Source of the DNA: Minisyncoccia bacterium
GTDB taxonomy: Bacteria; Patescibacteriota; Minisyncoccia; UBA6257; 2-01-FULL-56-20
Length of the DNA: 64,000 bases
Direction: 5' to 3'
NCBI GenBank assembly: GCA_050008535.1
Contig: JBEKML010000001.1
Span: forward strand, 391,050-455,049
Under the pieces are notes generated by a model. The model saw nothing but the letters and a program-made list of their open reading frames with translations. It searched no databases and was not told the origin of the DNA. This document shows, piece by piece, positions 57,432 through 64,000 of the stretch. Numbering within the stretch: the stretch's first letter is position 1; the number at the start of each line of letters is the position of its first letter. The position numbers were made by a program, and so were the translations under genes.

Positions 57432-58277
57432 ATGGAGTTTTTTGACGCGCACACGCATGTGCAGTTTTCGGCATACGACGCCGATCGTGACGAAGTGATC
57501 CGCCGCGCGCGGGATGCGGGCATCCGGATGGTGAATGTGGGCACCCAGCGCGACACCTCGGCGCGCGCCGTCGCGCTTGCGGAACAACACGAAGGACTCT
57601 ATGCGGCCGTGGGGCTTCACCCCATTCACACAAGCGTTTCGTTCCATGATGCGGACGAGCTCGGTGGCGGCGAGGCTGCAAAAGCGTTCACCTCGCGCGG
57701 CGAGGTTTTTGATCGCGATCATTATCTGGAACTTGCACGGCATCCGAAAGTGGTCGCGATCGGCGAGTGCGGATTGGATTATTTCCATTTCAACGAGAAT
57801 GAAAGCCGCGAAGACCAGATAAAAAAACAGAAAGCGGCGCTTTTGGTGCAGATCGAGTTCTCGCGCGAAGTAAAAAAACCGCTCATGATCCATTGCCGCG
57901 ATGCGTTCGCCGACCTTATTCAGATATTAAAAGAAAGTTCCGCAAACCCTTTGGGCGCGAATCCCGGCATTATCCATTTTTTTACCGGCACATCCGACGA
58001 GGCGCGCGCATTGCTTGGCCTCGGTTTTTCTTTCACCTTCGGCGGCGTCATCACGTTTGCGCGGAACTACGACGAGCTCATACGGCTTGTGCCGCTTGAC
58101 CGGCTCCTCTCCGAAACCGATGCGCCGTACGTCGCGCCCGCGCCCTATCGCGGCAGGCGCAACGAACCCGCGTACGTGGTGGAGGTCGTGAAAAAACTCG
58201 CCGAGCTCAAAGATGTTTCGCTGGACGGGATGCGGGAACAGATTGGAAAAAATGTCCGGCGCGTGTTTGGGGTATAA
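57432..58277 (+). CDS. tatD: TatD family hydrolase
   Basis: DAHTH, GECGLD, HCR, ETDAPY. Confidence 0.94.
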   Translation: MEFFDAHTHVQFSAYDADRDEVIRRARDAGIRMVNVGTQRDTSARAVALAEQHEGLYAAVGLHPIHTSVSFHDADELGGGEAAKAFTSRGEVFDRDHYLELARHPKVVAIGECGLDYFHFNENESREDQIKKQKAALLVQIEFSREVKKPLMIHCRDAFADLIQILKESSANPLGANPGIIHFFTGTSDEARALLGLGFSFTFGGVITFARNYDELIRLVPLDRLLSETDAPYVAPAPYRGRRNEPAYVVEVVKKLAELKDVSLDGMREQIGKNVRRVFGV

Positions 58278-60072
58278 TAAGATCATTCCCGAAGCTCAAA
58301 CCAAAACCTGCCAGAATTGCAAAGCCCAGTTCGCCATAAAGCCAGAGGATTTTGCGTTCTATGAAAAGATCGGCGTCCCGCCGCCGACGTTCTGTTTTGA
58401 TTGCCGGGCGCAGCGGCGCATGGCATTCCGGAACGAACGGGCGCTGTATCGGAGAAAGTGCGATTTTCCCGGGCATACCGAGGAGCTCATTTCTATCTTT
58501 GCGCCGGACAATCCCCAGCGCGTCTATGACCATGCGGCATGGTGGGGAGACGGCTGGGATCCATTGAAATACGGGCGCGCCATTGATTTTTCCCGGCCCT
58601 TTTTTGAACAGGTGCGGGAGCTTTGGCGCGAAGTGCCCGACATTGCGCTTATGAACATCAATCCGGTGAACAGCGAATATTGCAGCATCACGGAAGGAAA
58701 CAAAAATTGTTATCTGGTATTCGGCGGCGATTTCAACGAAGACACGCTCTATTCCACCTATACGTTCCACAGTAAATTTTGCGTTGATACGTACTGGGTG
58801 GACAAGTCGGAGTTCAATTACGAAACGGTGGACTGCATATCCTGCAGCCGCTTGCTCTACAGCCGCTATTGCGAAGGGTGTTACGATGGCGCGTTTCTCT
58901 TCAATTGCCGCAATTGCCACGATTGTTTCGGGTGCGCAAACCTTACGAACGGCAGCTATCAGATTTTTAACGTGCAACACACGAAAGAGGACTATCAAAA
59001 GAAATTGAGCGAGCTCAATCTTTCTTCGCGGCGCGCCTTGGACAATATCAAAGAAAAATTCGCGGAGCATATGCTCAAATATCCGCGCCGATTCGCGAAG
59101 ATGATCCATTGCACGAACTCTTCGGGCGACAACATGGAGAACTGTAAAAATTGCACGCAGTGCTTTGATGTGTTTGGCGGGGGAGAGGATTGCCGACGCT
59201 CATTTCTTTTGTACTCAACAGTGAAGGACGGCATGGACATTGATCATGTGGGGCTTGGGACCGAACTTAGCTACGAAACCTCCACGGCTTATCCGGGGAG
59301 CAGGATCTTCTTCTCCCGTTTTGTCTTCACCTGCCATGACGTGCAGTATTCCTACAACGTGCATAACGCGGCATATCTTTTCGGATGTGTGGGCGTGCGG
59401 AGCAAGCAGTATTGTATTCTGAACAAGCAATATTCAAAAGAAGAGTATGAAGCGCTTGTGCCGAAGATCGTCGCGCATATGAATACGATGCCGTATCGTG
59501 ATGCGTCCGGACGCGAGTACCGCTATGGAGAGTTCTTCCCTGAGGAGCTTTCGCCGTTCACCTATAACGAAACGCTGGCGCAGGAAATGTTCCCGTTGAC
59601 ACCCGCCGAGGCGCAGCAAAAGGGATATCCGTGGCGCGAACCGGATGAAAAGAAGCATGTGTCGACGATCGCGGCGGGCGCGGTTCCGGATACGCTCCGG
59701 CAGGTTCCCGATGCCATTGTGGATGAAATAATTGAGTGCGCGCACAAAGGAGCGTGCATGACCGACCAGTGCACGAAGGCATTCAGGGTCGTGCCGGCAG
59801 AACTTGCATTGTACCGAAAGATGAATATTCCGCTTCCCGCGCTTTGCCCCAGCTGTCGGCACTTCGCGCGCATCCGCCAGCGGAATCCCATGACATTATG
59901 GAAACGGGCGTGCCAATGCGCCGGTGCCGATGCGGAAAAGGGAGGATATAAAAATGTGGCGAAGCATCCCCACGGCACCGGCCGCTGTCCGAATGAATTT
60001 GAAACCACTTACGCCCCCGACCGCCCCGAGATCGTCTACTGCGAACAGTGCTACCAGGCGGAGGTGGCGTGA
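58252..60072 (+). CDS. large Cys-rich CPR protein, paralogue of 37693-39483 (start uncertain)
   Basis: Same motifs; C-terminus FETTYAPDRPEIVYCEQCYQAEVA identical. Confidence 0.85.
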   Translation: MSGACLGYNKIIPEAQTKTCQNCKAQFAIKPEDFAFYEKIGVPPPTFCFDCRAQRRMAFRNERALYRRKCDFPGHTEELISIFAPDNPQRVYDHAAWWGDGWDPLKYGRAIDFSRPFFEQVRELWREVPDIALMNINPVNSEYCSITEGNKNCYLVFGGDFNEDTLYSTYTFHSKFCVDTYWVDKSEFNYETVDCISCSRLLYSRYCEGCYDGAFLFNCRNCHDCFGCANLTNGSYQIFNVQHTKEDYQKKLSELNLSSRRALDNIKEKFAEHMLKYPRRFAKMIHCTNSSGDNMENCKNCTQCFDVFGGGEDCRRSFLLYSTVKDGMDIDHVGLGTELSYETSTAYPGSRIFFSRFVFTCHDVQYSYNVHNAAYLFGCVGVRSKQYCILNKQYSKEEYEALVPKIVAHMNTMPYRDASGREYRYGEFFPEELSPFTYNETLAQEMFPLTPAEAQQKGYPWREPDEKKHVSTIAAGAVPDTLRQVPDAIVDEIIECAHKGACMTDQCTKAFRVVPAELALYRKMNIPLPALCPSCRHFARIRQRNPMTLWKRACQCAGADAEKGGYKNVAKHPHGTGRCPNEFETTYAPDRPEIVYCEQCYQAEVA

Positions 60073-60134
60073 CGAGGTGGCGTAATGCGGAGCTAAAATT
60101 GCGGAAGCCCGACCGGCATGGTGCCAATCGGGCT

Positions 60135-60770
60135 TCAGATAGCTGATGAACTGTTCCGCCGTTCGATCTGCTTGATAAGGCGGAGGATCGCGCAGCAGAA
60201 TATGACCGACCGTAACGGATAAAACACCGCCAGGCCGCCACCGCCGATGAGCGCGGCGCATAACCCGAAGAAGCTCGCCGTGGCGCTCACTGCCCACGCA
60301 TCAAATGGCTCGGGACTTTTCTCTTCCCGCCAACGCCGAAGCCTTTTGACCATCGGCCAGTAGGCCACGATCATTACGACCTGAAAGCTCACGTTCGCAA
60401 CCCACGGGTTATGGCTTGCGGCCCACAGCAAGAATGCACAGGTGATGATTCGAAAGCACCACCGTTGGTTCTCGCGCTCTTCTTTTGTCGCCGGGAATTT
60501 TTCGCCGCGCCTTCGCATAACGAGCAGCGTAGTAAAAATTGCCCCGACAGCGAAGAGGTCAACGGCGTTCGTGATGCTCTTCACGACATTGTGTTCGTGA
60601 GAGGTCAAGTATGTTATCAAGCTCATCACGATGCCGATCTCGAAAATGAACCATGTGGCGATTGGCGGATGCGCGTCGCCACGAACGACCTTTCTGCAGT
60701 ATCGCACCCCCATCCAAACGGTGAGGAGGGCGGATACAATTGCGGTACTTACAAATGCGATTTCTCGCAC
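60135..60770 (-). CDS. multi-TM membrane protein, distant relative of 50846-51427
   Basis: P.IATW; P.......SPE...W; GGAGG SD. Confidence 0.7.
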   Translation of the reverse strand: MREIAFVSTAIVSALLTVWMGVRYCRKVVRGDAHPPIATWFIFEIGIVMSLITYLTSHEHNVVKSITNAVDLFAVGAIFTTLLVMRRRGEKFPATKEERENQRWCFRIITCAFLLWAASHNPWVANVSFQVVMIVAYWPMVKRLRRWREEKSPEPFDAWAVSATASFFGLCAALIGGGGLAVFYPLRSVIFCCAILRLIKQIERRNSSSAI

Positions 60771-60914
60771 GGGACCCTCCTTCTTTCGGACCTTCGTGAT
60801 TTCTATTGCTGCCGCAATTTTAACACGAAAAATTCACTTCGTCAATCTTCTGCACGCGGCATTGCAGGAACTTATTGAGAAAATCACCATACCGTCTTAC
60901 AATAGGAGATACCG

Positions 60915-63407
60915 ATGTCCAAATACGAACCGAAGGAAATTGAGGAGAAATGGCAGAAGAAATGGCTTGAGGAGGGGATATATGAACCGGACCTGGACCG
61001 CGCGAAAAAACCGTTCTACAACCTGATGATGTTCCCGTATCCGTCGGCCGAAGGGCTGCACGTGGGGAATGTCTACGCGTTCACGGGCGCGGATATTTAC
61101 GGGCGGATGAAGCGCATGCAGGGCAATGATGTTTTTGAGCCGATTGGCCTGGACGGGTTCGGCATCCACTCGGAGAATTACGCGCTGAAGATCGGAGCGC
61201 ACCCGATGGACCAGGCGGCGATCTCCGAAAAACGCTTTTATAAGCAATTGCAATCCATCGGGAACGGCTTCGCATGGAACGAACGCCTGCAAACCTATGA
61301 CCCCGCCTATTACCGCTGGACACAATGGATCTTCGTCCAGATGTTCAAGCACGGTCTTGCGTACCGTAAGAAGCAATCGGTCAATTGGTGTCCGAAAGAT
61401 TTGACCGTACTTGCGGATGAGCAAGTGATTGCGGGCGCGTGCGAGCGCTGCGGCACGACGGTTATCCAAAAGGAGCTTGAGCAGTGGTTTTTCGGCATCA
61501 CGAAATATGCCGACCGCCTGCTAAAAAATCTGGAGACGCTTGACTGGTCGGAGAGGGTGAAAATAGCGCAGAAGAATTGGATAGGCAGAAAAGAGGGAAT
61601 CGAAATAACCTATCCCATTGTGGATACAAAGGAAACGGTGAGTGTTTTTACCACGCGGCCCGATACAAACTTTGGGGCGACCTTTGTGGTCGTTGCGCCA
61701 GAGAACGAACTTGCGATGCGAATTACCCTTCCTGAACATCGTGGAAAGGTTGCCGAATATATTGCCAAAGCGAAGAGCAGGACCGACGAGGAGCGTATTC
61801 AGGAAGGGAGGAAAAAGACAGGGGTTTTTACTGGTTGCTACGCACTCAATCATCTGACGGGGCGCAAGATGCCGATCTGGGTAAGTGATTTCGTTCTTGC
61901 TTCTTTTGGCACCGGGTCGGTGGTCGGCGTACCGGGCCACGACCTCCGGGATTTTGAGTTCGCAAAAGAATTCGGTATAGAGATCATCCGGGTCGTTGTG
62001 GGAAACGACGGGGATGTTTCGCCGATCACCCGTCCCGGACAGGTTCAGGAAGAGGAAGGGAAGATGGTGAATTCTGGATTTTTGGATGGTTTGGATATTC
62101 ATGCTGCGACCAAGGTAGTTATGGATCATATTGAGAAAAAGGGCTGGGGCAAGAAGGTTGTGCAATTCCACCTGCGCGATTGGTCAATCTCGCGCCAGCG
62201 GTATTGGGGGCCGCCGGTCCCGATGGTGCATTGCGAAGCGTGCGCGGCGAAAAATGCGGGCGAACGGAGCGACGCGCCGGGATGGTATGCGGTTCCGGAG
62301 GAGGACCTTCCGGTAAAACTCCCGCATATCAAAAATTTCCAGCCGACGGGAAGCGGCGTTTCTCCGCTTGCCGCTGAAGCGTCGTTCTACCAGACGAAAT
62401 GCCCGCGGTGTGGCGGTGCTGCCCGGCGCGAGACCGACATTCTGGACAACTTCTTTGATTCTGCGTGGTATTACTTGCGCTATCTTGATCCGCAGAATGA
62501 AAAGAGCGCGTTGAATGACGGGCGGGTGAAGCGTTGGCTTCCGGCCGCAATGTATACGGGCGGTGCCGAACACTCCGTACTTCACCTGCTCTATGTGCGC
62601 TTCGTTGCGATGGCGCTCCACGATTGGGGACTGGTTGATTTTGAGGAACCATTCAAAAAATTCCGCGCGCACGGGCTGATCATCAGAGACGGCGCGAAGA
62701 TGTCAAAATCAAAAGGGAACGTGGTAAACCCCGACGAATATATCAAACAATTCGGCGCGGACACGCTGCGGATGTATCTTATGTTTCTTGCGCCGTTTGA
62801 AGAAGGCGGCGACTTCCGCGACCGGGCGATCCTCGGTATCCTCCGCTTTTTGGAGCGCGTTTGGAAATTGGGGGAGGCGGTCGCGGCGGGAAAGGGGCGC
62901 CTGGAAAAGGCGAGCAAAGAAAGTGGTGACAAAAAAGGCGGCGCGGCGAAGGCGGTGATGGTCGCCGTGAAAAAAGTGACGGATGATATTGAGCGGCTCC
63001 ACTATAATACTGCCGTGAGCGCACTTATGGTCTGTCTTCGTGCGCTGGAAGATGATTCATCCGGGCCGCCCGAAAAAGAACAGCTCCAGATATTTTTGAA
63101 GCTCCTTGCTCCCTTCGCGCCGCATATTACGGAAGAACTTTGGCGCGCAACGCTTGGGAACACCGCTTCCGTTCATTGTGCGGCGTGGCCCGCGTACGAC
63201 TCCGCGCTCACCGTGGAGAAAATGATTACCCTTATCCTTCAAGTGAACGGCAAGGTGCGCGACGCGATTTCCGCGGATGCGTCGCTTACGGAAGATGCCG
63301 CGAAAGCGCTTGCGCTCGGTAACGCAAAGGTGCAGAATGCGATTAAGGGACAAACTCCCAAAAAGGTCATCTATGTGGATAAAAAATTGGTAAATATAGT
63401 GCTTTGA
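60915..63407 (+). CDS. leuS: leucyl-tRNA synthetase
   Basis: MFPYPS, HVGN, FTTRPDT, SRQRYWG, KMSKS. Confidence 0.97.
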   Translation: MSKYEPKEIEEKWQKKWLEEGIYEPDLDRAKKPFYNLMMFPYPSAEGLHVGNVYAFTGADIYGRMKRMQGNDVFEPIGLDGFGIHSENYALKIGAHPMDQAAISEKRFYKQLQSIGNGFAWNERLQTYDPAYYRWTQWIFVQMFKHGLAYRKKQSVNWCPKDLTVLADEQVIAGACERCGTTVIQKELEQWFFGITKYADRLLKNLETLDWSERVKIAQKNWIGRKEGIEITYPIVDTKETVSVFTTRPDTNFGATFVVVAPENELAMRITLPEHRGKVAEYIAKAKSRTDEERIQEGRKKTGVFTGCYALNHLTGRKMPIWVSDFVLASFGTGSVVGVPGHDLRDFEFAKEFGIEIIRVVVGNDGDVSPITRPGQVQEEEGKMVNSGFLDGLDIHAATKVVMDHIEKKGWGKKVVQFHLRDWSISRQRYWGPPVPMVHCEACAAKNAGERSDAPGWYAVPEEDLPVKLPHIKNFQPTGSGVSPLAAEASFYQTKCPRCGGAARRETDILDNFFDSAWYYLRYLDPQNEKSALNDGRVKRWLPAAMYTGGAEHSVLHLLYVRFVAMALHDWGLVDFEEPFKKFRAHGLIIRDGAKMSKSKGNVVNPDEYIKQFGADTLRMYLMFLAPFEEGGDFRDRAILGILRFLERVWKLGEAVAAGKGRLEKASKESGDKKGGAAKAVMVAVKKVTDDIERLHYNTAVSALMVCLRALEDDSSGPPEKEQLQIFLKLLAPFAPHITEELWRATLGNTASVHCAAWPAYDSALTVEKMITLILQVNGKVRDAISADASLTEDAAKALALGNAKVQNAIKGQTPKKVIYVDKKLVNIVL

Positions 63408-64000
63408 TGGGAAGGCTTGCGTTTGTTATTGTTGCGATCGTGCTGCTCGGGGCGCTCATATATGCGTATAATTCCGGAATGATAAGCGGCGGCACCGGCG
63501 GTCTCAATTTGACCTGGCTTTTGCCGCACTTCACAAGTTCTTCGTTGAACACCAATCTAAACTCTCCTTATATTCCGCCCGCCGCCCCTCCGACGGGCAC
63601 GTTCGTCGGTTCCGTGCAGACCTCGTCTCCGAATTCCTGGGACGTTCCTGCGGGGTTCACCGCGAGCCAGCTTTCGCCGTATTTTCACCAGGTCCGCTTC
63701 GGCGGGGTTTCGGCCGGAAGCTTATACTCCTACGGCCAGATATCGTTCTATGCATACCCTACAGCACAGACCTCGAGCATTGACGTGACCAGCTGGCACA
63801 TCAAATCCAATCGCGGAGGAGAGTACATCCCGCAGGCGGTGACCGTCTATGATCCTCTGGGACTCAATCCCGCGACCGACATCCTTTTGAAAAACGGCGA
63901 TATGCTGAATCTTTATTCCACCTGGGCGCCGGTGAACCTGCGGCTCAACAAGTGCATCGGTTACTTGCCGAACAAAACGCAGTTCAATCCGCAGTTGCCG
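63407..64000 (+). CDS. membrane-anchored hypothetical protein, truncated at window end
   Basis: ATG overlaps the leuS stop; N-terminal TM; frame appears open to the edge. Confidence 0.7.
   Translation, partial: MGRLAFVIVAIVLLGALIYAYNSGMISGGTGGLNLTWLLPHFTSSSLNTNLNSPYIPPAAPPTGTFVGSVQTSSPNSWDVPAGFTASQLSPYFHQVRFGGVSAGSLYSYGQISFYAYPTAQTSSIDVTSWHIKSNRGGEYIPQAVTVYDPLGLNPATDILLKNGDMLNLYSTWAPVNLRLNKCIGYLPNKTQFNPQLP

Noticed and set aside
37693-60072. DGR template/variable repeat pair from the shared 3' ends of the Cys-rich genes
   Set aside because: Differences are synonymous and not adenine-specific, both copies are coding, and no reverse transcriptase is present.

Overview
This 64 kb window looks like a Patescibacteria (CPR, Parcubacteria-like) chromosome. 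That call is inferred from gene content: split transketolase, minimal group 3b-like [NiFe]-hydrogenase, Cys-rich paralogues and many apparently leaderless genes. Left (1-11 kb): a 2-oxoacid oxidoreductase alpha subunit runs divergently from a two-gene hydrogenase, which is preceded by a structured leader holding an atypical tRNA-like cloverleaf. A UPF0182 gene and putative maturation genes follow. Right (41-64 kb): core genes (trmH-like, gap, rpiB, rpe, tkt, pfkB-like, fba, rplY, metG, tatD, leuS) and two long palindromic elements. The main result lies downstream of a minus-strand tRNA-Asn(GTT) at 40389-40460. It is an integron-like array of 1-3-gene cargo cassettes, dense over 24.7-40.4 kb and traceable to about 6.7 kb. 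The cassettes are separated by at least 14 same-orientation copies of a ~30-bp site, TGCTCCGGCGGCTGGACGAYRTKAGAACCTG, whose left half is the tRNA-Asn 3' end. Differences among copies are mostly synonymous or conservative in one reading frame (LRRLDDVRTC), suggesting the site doubles as the C-terminal tail of a recombinase gene. No recombinase gene is visible in the window. The cargo is rich in nucleotide-hydrolysing/housecleaning and surface proteins. All calls come from reading the sequence by eye; no database search was run.
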